A DNA stretch of 64,000 nucleotides from Candidatus Micrarchaeota archaeon. Its GTDB lineage: Archaea; Micrarchaeota; Micrarchaeia; Anstonellales; Anstonellaceae. This document shows positions 55,520 through 64,000 of this stretch, in pieces. Location: positions 30,199 through 94,198 of the forward strand of contig JAOAKE010000001.1 of assembly GCA_026413805.1 (NCBI GenBank), in the 5' to 3' direction. Positions within the stretch are counted from its first letter, which is position 1, and each line of letters starts with the position of its first letter. The notes below the pieces were generated by a model that saw nothing but the letters and a program-made list of their open reading frames with translations, did not search any database and had not been told where the DNA came from. The position numbers and the translations under genes were made by a program.

Positions 55520-56056
55520 TCATTTCCTGCCAGGGGTTGCCTGCAGCACCTCCTTCTTTTTTGCAGGCAGGCTGATTTTTCCAACCATAGATGCAATTTT
55601 CTCTTTTCCAGCGATTGCCCGCCAGTTTTTAAGAAGGCGAAAGCTGATGTAGTATGAGCTGCCAATTGCCACCACGCCAGTCGCAACTGCCAAGGCTGAA
55701 AGAGCATAGCTTAGAGGCAGCATAAGCGCTGTCGTAGCAAGCGAGGTTGCAAGAATGAGCTCCTTTACATATCCGCTAGTATGAGGGGCATACTTTTCAA
55801 TTATCCTTTCAACTTCTTCCCTTCTTCGCGAAAGAACTGCTGCCTTTTTTGCAGCATGCATTTCAGGGTTTTTTGCATAAAGGGCATCAAGCTTGCGGAT
55901 TTCTTTCCCAGCCGCTTCATATACCCCTTCAATCTCAGACAACATCTGGCTTGCTGCCTCTCTGCTCCCGCAGGCACTAATGACATCTTTCAATGCCTTT
56001 TCATAGGTGTCCAAGTAATCCTTTAATTCCATTTTTTCCGTTGCATTAAGCTGCAT
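55520..56056 (-). CDS. hypothetical membrane protein (N-terminal soluble helical domain, C-terminal two TM helices)
   Basis: ORF with ATG at 56056 (track start 56131 is TTG); no motif recognised. Confidence 0.4.
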   Translation of the reverse strand: MQLNATEKMELKDYLDTYEKALKDVISACGSREAASQMLSEIEGVYEAAGKEIRKLDALYAKNPEMHAAKKAAVLSRRREEVERIIEKYAPHTSGYVKELILATSLATTALMLPLSYALSALAVATGVVAIGSSYYISFRLLKNWRAIAGKEKIASMVGKISLPAKKKEVLQATPGRK

Positions 56057-56096
56057 GAAAATCCCTCGCACCCAAGGTTTTAATAACCAACCTCTC

Positions 56097-56882
56097 CTAT
56101 GCCTTTGCCCAGCTGATGCCTTGCCTTTCAAGTGCTAAAATAAGCTCCTGCCTGACTCCTCCTTTTATGCCCTTCCAGTCAAGCAATGCAGACTTTGGCT
56201 TCTCCACATTTTTTTCCCAAGCCTCCTTTACCATCTTGTCGCTGGCGCCCCACCTTTCCAAGTCATAGCCTGAGATTATATGCCCAAAAGCCAGCTCGCC
56301 TTCAACCACCAAAGGAGTAAATCGCGGGCAGTAGTGCGTTCCGCCAAAAGCAATGTGGGTTGGGAAAGTGGCCTTGCTTTTTGCAGCCTCAATGATTGAC
56401 CGGGCAACAATCTCTCCAGCTTTTTTGTTTTTCCATTCGGGCTCGCTGCTCCCTATCTCTATGAAAAACAAGGGCTTTTCCAGCGTGGGTCCGTGGTGGT
56501 CTACCTCCAAAGACACCCCCCACCCAAGCTCCTCCTCAGATAATTTGGCGAGCCATTGCGCAGCGACCTTGACCTTTGAAGGCAACGCAAGATTCAGCTT
56601 GCAAGGCTCACCGCCCAATTCTGCCGAGCCCCAATTTCCAGGGGTATGGACTGAAAAGCCCTTCATTCCAGAAGAGCTCCGGTGGGTGCTTGCAAAAATA
56701 TAGTAATCTGCTGCATGCGAAGGGACAATCTCCACAATCCTTCCGCCGTATTCTGCCATGTCAAGCGCTTCACAGCTCCAAAATCCCTTTCTCACCAGGC
56801 GCATATCCTCTATTTCAAGCAGCCTTTCCTTTATGTTCTGGCTTGCTTCGTTTTGAGCAGAAATTACAACAAGGGCGCGCAT
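56097..56882 (-). CDS. archaeal-type D-aminoacyl-tRNA deacylase (DtdA-like)
   Basis: N-terminal MRALVVISAQNEASQNIKERLL pattern and length/arrangement resembling DtdA family. Confidence 0.6.
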   Translation of the reverse strand: MRALVVISAQNEASQNIKERLLEIEDMRLVRKGFWSCEALDMAEYGGRIVEIVPSHAADYYIFASTHRSSSGMKGFSVHTPGNWGSAELGGEPCKLNLALPSKVKVAAQWLAKLSEEELGWGVSLEVDHHGPTLEKPLFFIEIGSSEPEWKNKKAGEIVARSIIEAAKSKATFPTHIAFGGTHYCPRFTPLVVEGELAFGHIISGYDLERWGASDKMVKEAWEKNVEKPKSALLDWKGIKGGVRQELILALERQGISWAKA

Positions 56883-56909
56883 GCAGTCTTTTTGTGGGTA
56901 GCAAATTAA

Positions 56910-57635
56910 ATGGTTCGCTGCCTTTTTTTCAAGGCAAGATTCAGAGGAAGTGGAAAAATGCCGTGCCGTTTATTCGCTGCGAATGAAAAAATAATAGGGA
57001 AGGAAGGGCAGCGAAAGCTCCTTTCTTCTTCTGTTGCAGTTGCTGGCTTGGGAGGAGTGGGCGGAATCGCATTTGAGCTTCTTATTCGCGCAGGCTTTGG
57101 CTCCATCAAGATAGCCGATAGCGGATTTTTTGAGGAGTCAAATGCCAACCGGCAGCTCCTCTGGAGCATAGAAAACGATGGCAGAAAAAAAACCGAGGCG
57201 GCAGCCCGGCGCGCCAGGCAGCTCAACCCAAAGGCCAAGGTATTCCCCTTTTTCAAGATAGATGCGCGCAACGCCTTTGCCTTTGCTTCTTCTTGCTCAG
57301 CCCTTGTAGATGCCACTGACAACAAGCAGGCACGCATGGTTTTATGGCAGGCCTGCGCACGCGCAGGGACTCCCTATATATTTGCCTCTGCCCTGTCCTG
57401 CCGAGGTATGCTAACAACATTCAAAAGCCCAGACGGGGCGTTCCCACTGGCAAGAAAAAAAGGCATCCCCCCTCTCTCATGCGACCACTCGCTTGGCCCG
57501 GTTGCAAATGCCATAGGTTGCCTCGCTGCGCAGCAGGCAATCAATTTTGCATTGGGAAAAAGCACAATTTCTTACCCAGAAATCCTTTCTATTGATGCAT
57601 TTAGCAAAGACCAAGCGGTCATTTACAAGTTCTAA
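56910..57635 (+). CDS. ThiF/MoeB/HesA-family E1-like protein (dinucleotide-binding)
   Basis: VAVAGLGGVGGIAFELLIRAG Rossmann motif, ATD pattern of ThiF family; alternative start ATG 56958. Confidence 0.65.
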   Translation: MVRCLFFKARFRGSGKMPCRLFAANEKIIGKEGQRKLLSSSVAVAGLGGVGGIAFELLIRAGFGSIKIADSGFFEESNANRQLLWSIENDGRKKTEAAARRARQLNPKAKVFPFFKIDARNAFAFASSCSALVDATDNKQARMVLWQACARAGTPYIFASALSCRGMLTTFKSPDGAFPLARKKGIPPLSCDHSLGPVANAIGCLAAQQAINFALGKSTISYPEILSIDAFSKDQAVIYKF

Positions 57636-57698
57636 AATGCCGCTGCCCAACACCAAGACTTATAAGCTATATTTGAGTTCATTTTTACAGTGGTAGGC

Positions 57699-58334
57699 AT
57701 GAGTGACGACCTTATCCAGTTTATAATAAAATCAAGGGAGCGCGGCAGGTCAGATGAACAGATATCCCGCGCCCTGCTGTCAGTCGGCTGGTCCAAGGAA
57801 AAAGTCCAAGAAGCCCTTGCAAAGGCGTCTGTAATGCAAAAGGAAGAAAAATGGGCAGCCCCAAAGCCAGAGGCTCCAGCAGCGCAGCAGCCTGCTCCTG
57901 CAAAGGTGGCCGCACCCATCCAGCCTCCTTCCACACAACCGCAGCAACCAGGCGCCCAACAGCAAATAAAGCCCCAAGTGGCCCAAACTTCGCCAGCACC
58001 TCCCTTGCAGACTCCAATCACACAAGCTTCACAGCCGACCTCTTTGCAGCCTCCCATAGACTTGCCAGGCTCAAAGCCAGCCATACCAATAATCTCAGAT
58101 GTAGTAAAGTCAATCCGAGCAATGAACTTCAACACCACGATGATATTGTTGGCGCTAATAGTGCTTGCGATAATCATCATAGGAGGGGCATATTTCATTT
58201 TGTTCAAGTTTTCTCTCACAGAGGAGGGGCGCATAATAAAGCCATACCAGCCCCCTAAACTTTCCGAGCCAATTCCCCCTCCCCCTCCATTAAACACTTC
58301 AGGAAGTGGTTGGGAGGAGAACGAAAGCCAATAG
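57699..58334 (+). CDS. bitopic membrane protein with N-terminal UBA-like helical domain and Pro/Gln-rich low-complexity regions
   Basis: DLIQFIIKSRERGRSDEQISRALLSVGWSKEKVQEAL followed by PAPAKVAAPIQPPSTQPQQP..., single TM ILLALIVLAIIIIGGAYFILF, C-terminal PPPPP. Confidence 0.5.
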   Translation: MSDDLIQFIIKSRERGRSDEQISRALLSVGWSKEKVQEALAKASVMQKEEKWAAPKPEAPAAQQPAPAKVAAPIQPPSTQPQQPGAQQQIKPQVAQTSPAPPLQTPITQASQPTSLQPPIDLPGSKPAIPIISDVVKSIRAMNFNTTMILLALIVLAIIIIGGAYFILFKFSLTEEGRIIKPYQPPKLSEPIPPPPPLNTSGSGWEENESQ

Positions 58335-58340
58335 CAAAAG

Positions 58341-58838
58341 TCAGGCCTTGATTTCAAAGAGCCGTTTTCCCCCCTGGTTAAAAAGAAGCGAATGGCCTTC
58401 CTCCTCTTCTTTCTGGCCATGGACCTCAATGATTTCGCCAACCACCAAGGTGTGGCTGCCCACGCTTTGGTAGGAAAGGACCTTGCATTCAAGGTTGGCC
58501 TTGGCTTCCTTTACAAGAGGGGCTGAAACCCGTGATGCCTTTACTGGAGTCAGCTTACCCTCCTCAAACTTGTCAATAATTTTGCCTGAGGTGGTGCCGC
58601 ACAAGAGGACAGCGTCTTTGAGCCTCTCGTCGGGGATAGCGACCACAAATTCCATTGAAGCGCACATCAACTCTAAGGTCAGGGAGGAATTGGCAAGGGA
58701 AAGGGCAATTGCAGGTGGCTTTTCCGAAACTGGCGAGACCCACTCAGCAGCCGTCACATTCGCCTTTTCGGAGGTGGCGGCAGTCACCAACACCACCTGC
58801 CTCGGGTATAGAAAGTCGTGAAAAAATTCCTTTCCCAT
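58341..58838 (-). CDS. flavin reductase-like FMN-binding split-barrel protein
   Basis: RQVVLVTAATSEKANVTAAEWVSPVS and C-terminal HTLVVGEIIEVH pattern; ATG 58838 confirmed (track ORF extends 65 codons upstream). Confidence 0.65.
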   Translation of the reverse strand: MGKEFFHDFLYPRQVVLVTAATSEKANVTAAEWVSPVSEKPPAIALSLANSSLTLELMCASMEFVVAIPDERLKDAVLLCGTTSGKIIDKFEEGKLTPVKASRVSAPLVKEAKANLECKVLSYQSVGSHTLVVGEIIEVHGQKEEEEGHSLLFNQGGKRLFEIKA

Positions 58839-58896
58839 GGTGCTTGTTTTCCACCTAACTAATTTAAACGTTGCAATGCAAATGCCAATAGATAGC

Positions 58897-59481
58897 ATGA
58901 AAAACCGCTTGATTTTGCTATTTGTCGGCCTTGGGATTTTTCTTTCTGGCTGCATACAAGGCGAAAAGCCGCCCCAGTGCGCTTCTGTGCCAAAAGAGAA
59001 GTTTGCAAATTGCATATACATAAATGCCGTCATGGAGCAAAACCCCTTCTACTGCTACTCCTTGGAAGACAAAGAGCAGAAAAGAGTCTGCATCCAAGAT
59101 GCATCTGACGCCTCAAAAAAAGCTGCTCTTGAGAGGGCAGACCAGGAAACAAGGGACTCAATCTTTGCCCCCAAAAAGCCTCAAATAATCCCTGTGCAAA
59201 ACCAGACTAAAAACAACACCACAGATGAAATCCCACAGCTTCCTCCCCTCCCACAAGACCCCTGTGAGATGGCCCCTGCAAGCAAGAAAGACGAGTGCTA
59301 CTGGCAGGTTGCCATGGAGGATTTAAACATGCCATTGTGCGAAAAAATCAAAACAGGCTCATTCCGAGAAAACTGCATAGCATACATCGCGCTTACAACG
59401 AAGAATTCCGCCCTTTGCCAGCAGCTCACCAACCGGAGCAACATTGACCTGTGCAGGTTCTTTTCTTCGGGGCAGGCATAG
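58897..59481 (+). CDS. secreted Cys-rich lipoprotein with Cys-pair repeats (paralogous repeat to 34909..36423 C-terminus)
   Basis: Signal/lipobox MKNRLILLFVGLGIFLSGC; five C-x(9-11)-C-[YIR] units. Confidence 0.5.
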   Translation: MKNRLILLFVGLGIFLSGCIQGEKPPQCASVPKEKFANCIYINAVMEQNPFYCYSLEDKEQKRVCIQDASDASKKAALERADQETRDSIFAPKKPQIIPVQNQTKNNTTDEIPQLPPLPQDPCEMAPASKKDECYWQVAMEDLNMPLCEKIKTGSFRENCIAYIALTTKNSALCQQLTNRSNIDLCRFFSSGQA

Positions 59482-59486
59482 CCTTC

Positions 59487-60275
59487 TTAGAAAAGCTGGT
59501 CATGAAAGTCTTCAATGTCAGATGGCAGGAGCACCTCCCACATCAGGCAGCGCTTCATGTCCTCGCCTTTCAGCTCAACTACTTCGCAGCCAAGGGCAGA
59601 GCTGACCACCACGCCCAATTCCTTTGCCTGCCAGCGAGCCTGCTCAACCGCAGCGTCACGCGTCATGCCCGAGCCTGTTGTTGACAGGTAAAGCACCACT
59701 TCCAAAGGGCGCTCGCCTCCCGTCAGCCTCTCAATAATCCTGTTCCACATGGCTATTTCCCTTTCAAGCCTGGCCACTTCTGATTCATTCCGCCCGCGCC
59801 TTAGCTTTTCCAGCCTGCTTTCAGCGAGGCTTCGCTTTGCCCTCGCCTCTTCTAATTCATTTTTCAAATCCAATGGCGAGACCACGCAGGAAAGCTTGAA
59901 TGGAAACCCGACCGAGGAAATTGCCTTCTCAAACATGGCAGAAAGGGCTGCGCGACCCTCTGCGTTCTTTTCAGTCGCAGACTCATAAAGCCTGGCTGCA
60001 AGGAAGGCAGTGGCAAAGAACAAGTCTCCCCTTTTTCCTATGACAACGTCTTGGGAAGGAGGTATTTCAAACGAGCCCCCGACCTCCACTATATTGGCGC
60101 TTTTTGTCAATAGAGGCAAAATGATGTAGCCGTATTTCCATATCAAAAGAGAGGCAAAAAGAAATAGCGATGCTAAAACAACTGCTGCAGCAGACTGGAA
60201 GAAAATCGCCGCAGCCAAGCAGAAGAACCCCCCTGCAAGCGCAAGGGCAGTGTAAAGACGGTTTTCACCTTCCAC
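59487..60275 (-). CDS. hypothetical membrane protein (two N-terminal TM helices, cytoplasmic coiled-coil domain)
   Basis: GTG-initiated ORF; hydrophobic N-terminus; Arg/Glu-rich helical region. Confidence 0.4.
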   Translation of the reverse strand: MEGENRLYTALALAGGFFCLAAAIFFQSAAAVVLASLFLFASLLIWKYGYIILPLLTKSANIVEVGGSFEIPPSQDVVIGKRGDLFFATAFLAARLYESATEKNAEGRAALSAMFEKAISSVGFPFKLSCVVSPLDLKNELEEARAKRSLAESRLEKLRRGRNESEVARLEREIAMWNRIIERLTGGERPLEVVLYLSTTGSGMTRDAAVEQARWQAKELGVVVSSALGCEVVELKGEDMKRCLMWEVLLPSDIEDFHDQLF

Positions 60276-60335
60276 GCAAAGGTTTTTTCAGAGAGGGTTT
60301 AAAAGTTTCTCTGCGCTTTTTGGTGAGGGGATTTT

Positions 60336-61526
60336 ATGAAGACAATAGATGGATTTGACTTTTCTGGAAAGGTTGTCTTTGTGCGGGTTGACCTAAACTC
60401 TCCAGTTGACCAAAAAACCCTGAAAGTGGAGCCATCAGAGAGAATCGCCGCCCATGCAAAAACGCTGCGCGAGCTTTCAGACAAGAAGGCAAAGGTAGTG
60501 GTGCTTGCCCACCAGGGAAGAAAGGGAGACTATGATTGCATCTCCCTTTCGCAGCACGCCTTGTTTTTAGGCTCTGCAGCAAAGAGGCCTGTCCGCTTCA
60601 TAGATGACGTATGCGGGGAAAAGGCAAAGTCAGCAATCAAGTCCATGCAGCCCGGCGAGATTTTGCTGCTTGAAAATGTGCGCTTTCTTGAAGACGAAGC
60701 CAAATACAAGACAATTGAGGAGAATGCAAACGCGACAATCGTCCGGGAGCTTTCGCCTCTTTGCGATGCCTTTGTGCTTGATGGCTTTTCAGTAGCCCAC
60801 CGCGCGCAGGCGTCAGTGGTAGGCTTTTACAAAAAACCTGTATTTGCAGGAAGGGTGATGCAGCGCGAGCTTGAGGCGTTAAATAGGCTTTCTTCTCCTG
60901 CAAAGCCCTCTGTGTTTGTCTTCGGCGGCGCAAAGCCAGAAGATTCAATAGGCATTATGCAGAAATGGCTCTCAGAGGGAAAGATAGACCATGCCTTGAC
61001 CTGCGGGGTGCTGGGCGAGCTTTTCATACTGGCATCCGGGCGAGAGCTGGGGGCGACGTTAGATGTCTTGAAGGAAAAGAAAGCCCTTGACTATCTTCCA
61101 ACAGCAAAGGAGCTTCTTGCAAAATACAAAGGCAAAATACTATTCCCAAAAGACGTAGCAGTTTCTGTCGCTGGAAAAAGAAAGGAGCTTTCAATAGACA
61201 AGCTGCCCTCTGGCTCAACAATAGGCGACATTGGCAGAAAGACAGCAGCCCAATACGCCTCACTAATCAAGAAGGCAAGGTCAGTCATGGTCAATGGGCC
61301 AGCTGGCATATACGAACAGAAGGAATTTGAATACGGGACAAAGGCAATTCTTAAGGCCTGCCAACAAAGCAAGGCATTTTCAGTAATGGGTGGAGGGCAT
61401 ACTATATCTGCCATTGAGAAATTCAAGATAAGCAAAAAGAAGCTGGGCTACATCTCTCTTGCAGGAAAGGCGCTAATAGAGTACCTCTCTGGGGAAGAGC
61501 TGCCAGGAGTAAAAATACTTAAGTAG
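60336..61526 (+). CDS. pgk: phosphoglycerate kinase
   Basis: N-terminal FVRVDLNSPV, hinge and nucleotide-binding motifs; ATG with GGTGAGGGG RBS. Confidence 0.9.
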   Translation: MKTIDGFDFSGKVVFVRVDLNSPVDQKTLKVEPSERIAAHAKTLRELSDKKAKVVVLAHQGRKGDYDCISLSQHALFLGSAAKRPVRFIDDVCGEKAKSAIKSMQPGEILLLENVRFLEDEAKYKTIEENANATIVRELSPLCDAFVLDGFSVAHRAQASVVGFYKKPVFAGRVMQRELEALNRLSSPAKPSVFVFGGAKPEDSIGIMQKWLSEGKIDHALTCGVLGELFILASGRELGATLDVLKEKKALDYLPTAKELLAKYKGKILFPKDVAVSVAGKRKELSIDKLPSGSTIGDIGRKTAAQYASLIKKARSVMVNGPAGIYEQKEFEYGTKAILKACQQSKAFSVMGGGHTISAIEKFKISKKKLGYISLAGKALIEYLSGEELPGVKILK

Positions 61527-61595
61527 GGAGCAGCTTTCGACTGTTACTCCCCAAACTTTATAAGCAGCAAGAGGCAAAATACTATTGGTGGTTGA

Positions 61596-64000
61596 ATGCC
61601 CCCCATCCTTCAAAAGACTGAACCTCAAAGAAGTGTTGATGAGGAGCTTACGCTCCTCAAAAAAGACGTGCTCAGCAGATTGGAGCAGGGGGCTACTCTA
61701 GAGAACCTTTCGTATATCTTTTCTCAGGCGCAAGCTTTGTCAAAAAGAGTAGATGCGGACAAAACACTCTCAGCGGAGGATAAATCGCGCTTAATTGCCT
61801 TTTCACGCGCCTTAGTCGAGATTGTCAATGAAAATATCAAAGGCATTGAAGGCACGGATAAACTCAAGGAAGAACTAAATAATGAACAAAAAAAACTAAC
61901 AGACCACATCAACAACATCAATAGTCTTGGGCTTGGAAAAACATACCAGAGAATAGCAAACGAAATCAACCTCGCCTTTTTGCTGGAGTCCGCCTTTAAA
62001 GCAAATGGCCTTGCCTTAGATGAAAATACAGTGGAGAAAATAAAAAATTGCATACTAACAAGCGAAGATTTATCACAGAATGTCACGCAGATTTATTTCG
62101 CCTCAGAAGAAAATGCTAAAAAATTCAAGTCGGCTATGGAAAGCCTTCCTCTTCAAAAAAGCAAGTTAGAAATATACCATGCAGATAAGGTTCCAGGAGG
62201 AAAAGATGGCGCGAAATACTGCGTAATCTTTAACCTCTCAGTTCCAGAAACAGTCCCATTCTTTTCAGGCATTACTGCCTATAAAGAAGCCTCCACACAG
62301 TCTCCCGAGCCTGCATCAAAGCTTATCACCCGCAGGGTTGAGTCACATAAAATTCTCAAACCCCCTGTCAGTTCGCAGTCGGATCAAATCCCCTTCTGCA
62401 AGGTTGAAAGCGAACAAGAAAGGGAAATAGATCTCCTGTCAACTGGGCAGTTTGCTTACTCGCGCCGTTTCAAGGTAGAAGACCCTGCCTCAGAAGAGGT
62501 TGCGAGAAGCTTGGCAGACTCTGCGATAAGGAAATATGCTCAGATGTACAATTACAAGCTGAGCCCAGGGCAAAGCATAGTTGATTTTCTAAAGACTGAC
62601 GAAGGGCAGGGGTTCATCAAGAAGTTCAACGCTGCTGGCGGCAATCTAGAGATTATCGGGTCTGCAAGCCAAGAGGTAATATACGATGGCACAAACTTTG
62701 ACGAATGGCTTTCGCAGGCAAGAAAAAACCTTGAGCTTGCGCAAGAAAGGGCAAGGGCAGCATGGAATTATTTAAGCGAGATAAACGCGGCTTTGAAGAT
62801 GGAGGGAAAAGAAACACTTTTAGTCCAAGATGGGCTTGAAGGCAAAATCTTCTTTTTCCAGCCTAACCTCCCAACAGCAGAAACCCCTGAAATAAAAAAA
62901 GCCTTGAAAAAACACGGATTCAAGTCGCTCGATGAGGCATATGGACAATTAGGCTACAACAGCCAAGAGGCACATGCGCATTTACAGTCTTTCATGAAAA
63001 CTTTAAAAGAAAAAGACAAACAAGCGCACGATGCACTTATTAGCTCTGGCGCAATAAGCCTTTCAGAAAGCGGAGAGTATTCAATAGCGGATGCCAAGAA
63101 ACTGAGGGCAGCTTTTTACAGGGTTGAAAGAGGCGGGATGCGCGATGAAGACAGCCGAAATGGTTTTGTAGAGGCGATAGAAGAATGCCATGGGGGAGCT
63201 GCACGTTCAGTCACTCTCAAAAAGAGGGTTAAGGCAAGGCTGAAAATAAGCATTCATGATGCGTCAAAAGGCATATTTTTAGTTGAGCAATTTATCAATA
63301 ATGAATCTGTCAGGTTTGAAGGCTCAGTTCATGTCTTTTCATCAAATAAAGACAAGGAGTTAGAAGTTAAACGCATAGAACCTGCAGAGTCAGGGTTCTT
63401 TGTAGCAGCCATCTCGGAAGATATGAGGGGAGGCCATATTGGGGCATATGCCGAAGATATCCAAACAGGGCTGAACTCCGGCATGGTAGGCGCTTATTTG
63501 CCAATGCCACCGCAAGATAAAAAAGTAAAACTACCTGCCACGAGCAATATACCTCGAAATATAGGGAGGTTTGAGCAAAACTATGTGCCGATGAATTTTA
63601 CTCTATTTGGAGAACTTCCTCTTTCAACAGACTTTCCCGGCTACACTTCTCTCATCAGAGATTTTCAGGACATCGCTAAGAATTTGGGATTAAAACCTAA
63701 AGAAGAAAGCATCATAGGCGGTAAGATAAAACTTAGTCCCGAGCAAGCCATTTATTTTCTTAATAAATGGGGCGAAGCCGTGGACAAATGGATGGAAACA
63801 AAAATCAACATCGGAGGAAAGCTCATAAGTATAGGCGCCTACTTGAAAGATTACTTTAAAGATGACTCCAAGTACGAAATGCTTGTCCAAAAATTAAAGA
63901 GGGGCCAGTTCAAATCTGCATTTGAAGGCGTGCAAGATCCTAAATTTCAGCAAGCTATCGATTTCAAAAATTTAAAAGACGCAGAAGAAATATCAGTAAA
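61596..64000 (+). CDS. large hypothetical protein, 5' portion (>=801 aa, runs off window end), compositionally AT-richer than surrounding genes
   Basis: ATG 61596 (absent from ORF track because no stop in window); hand translation through 64000 showed no in-frame stop; no signal peptide, no recognisable motif. Confidence 0.5.
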   Translation, partial: MPPILQKTEPQRSVDEELTLLKKDVLSRLEQGATLENLSYIFSQAQALSKRVDADKTLSAEDKSRLIAFSRALVEIVNENIKGIEGTDKLKEELNNEQKKLTDHINNINSLGLGKTYQRIANEINLAFLLESAFKANGLALDENTVEKIKNCILTSEDLSQNVTQIYFASEENAKKFKSAMESLPLQKSKLEIYHADKVPGGKDGAKYCVIFNLSVPETVPFFSGITAYKEASTQSPEPASKLITRRVESHKILKPPVSSQSDQIPFCKVESEQEREIDLLSTGQFAYSRRFKVEDPASEEVARSLADSAIRKYAQMYNYKLSPGQSIVDFLKTDEGQGFIKKFNAAGGNLEIIGSASQEVIYDGTNFDEWLSQARKNLELAQERARAAWNYLSEINAALKMEGKETLLVQDGLEGKIFFFQPNLPTAETPEIKKALKKHGFKSLDEAYGQLGYNSQEAHAHLQSFMKTLKEKDKQAHDALISSGAISLSESGEYSIADAKKLRAAFYRVERGGMRDEDSRNGFVEAIEECHGGAARSVTLKKRVKARLKISIHDASKGIFLVEQFINNESVRFEGSVHVFSSNKDKELEVKRIEPAESGFFVAAISEDMRGGHIGAYAEDIQTGLNSGMVGAYLPMPPQDKKVKLPATSNIPRNIGRFEQNYVPMNFTLFGELPLSTDFPGYTSLIRDFQDIAKNLGLKPKEESIIGGKIKLSPEQAIYFLNKWGEAVDKWMETKINIGGKLISIGAYLKDYFKDDSKYEMLVQKLKRGQFKSAFEGVQDPKFQQAIDFKNLKDAEEISV

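Noticed and set aside
57632-58492. 286-aa minus-strand Cys/Gly/Ala-rich ORF
   Set aside because: Antisense image of the Pro/Gln-rich low-complexity gene at 57699..58334 (CCN/CAG codons read as GGN/CTG); no start context
1-64000. CRISPR arrays, rRNA genes, transposases/integrases
   Set aside because: No regularly spaced direct repeats, no rRNA-like conserved stretches, and no DDE/tyrosine-recombinase motifs were seen in any frame
1-64000. Possibility that the window is bacterial (bacterial-type gap, fbp, dsbA, htpX, lemA)
   Set aside because: Outweighed by numerous archaea-specific genes (GatDE, TFE, Pus10, aTrm56, EndA, RFC, PolB, class III signal peptides, A1:U72 initiator tRNA)

Overview
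This window reads as a compact, gene-dense archaeal chromosome segment, probably from a small-genome (DPANN-like) lineage; GC content is roughly 50-55%. The archaeal call rests on these markers: family-B DNA polymerase, SRP54, GatD/GatE, TFE, the RFC large subunit, Pus10, aTrm56, Tyw1/Taw1, two tRNA-splicing endonuclease (EndA) family genes, DtdA, class-III (pilin-type) signal peptides and a prepilin peptidase, geranylgeranyl reductases, GGPP synthase and an H+-pyrophosphatase. Two tRNA genes are present: an initiator tRNA-Met(CAU), and a tRNA-Lys(CUU) carrying a 22-nt non-canonical intron in the T-loop. Several central-carbon enzymes are of the bacterial or eukaryotic type: type I GAPDH, class I FBPase and PGK, alongside an archaeal class I FBP aldolase. 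I found no rRNA, CRISPR array or transposase. The accessory or poorly characterised content worth a second look is listed below.
- A 1362-aa secreted coiled-coil giant protein that resembles tetrabrachion.
- A divergent FlaI/VirB11-type secretion ATPase fused to an N-terminal zinc ribbon, preceded by a tiny tandem-repeat protein.
- A protein made of three tandem excisionase-type HTH modules.
- A HerA/VirB4-like DUF87 ATPase with a partner gene and an adjacent 788-aa polytopic membrane protein.
- Two adjacent pilin-like genes.
- Two secreted proteins that share a Cys-pair repeat.
- An AT-rich island directly 3' of the initiator tRNA.
- A compositionally distinct (low-GC) ORF of more than 800 aa that runs off the right edge.
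Start codons were checked against the sequence where stated. The supplied ORF track translates GTG and TTG starts as M, so several starts were moved to the in-frame ATG that carries an RBS-like GGAGG/GGTG motif.
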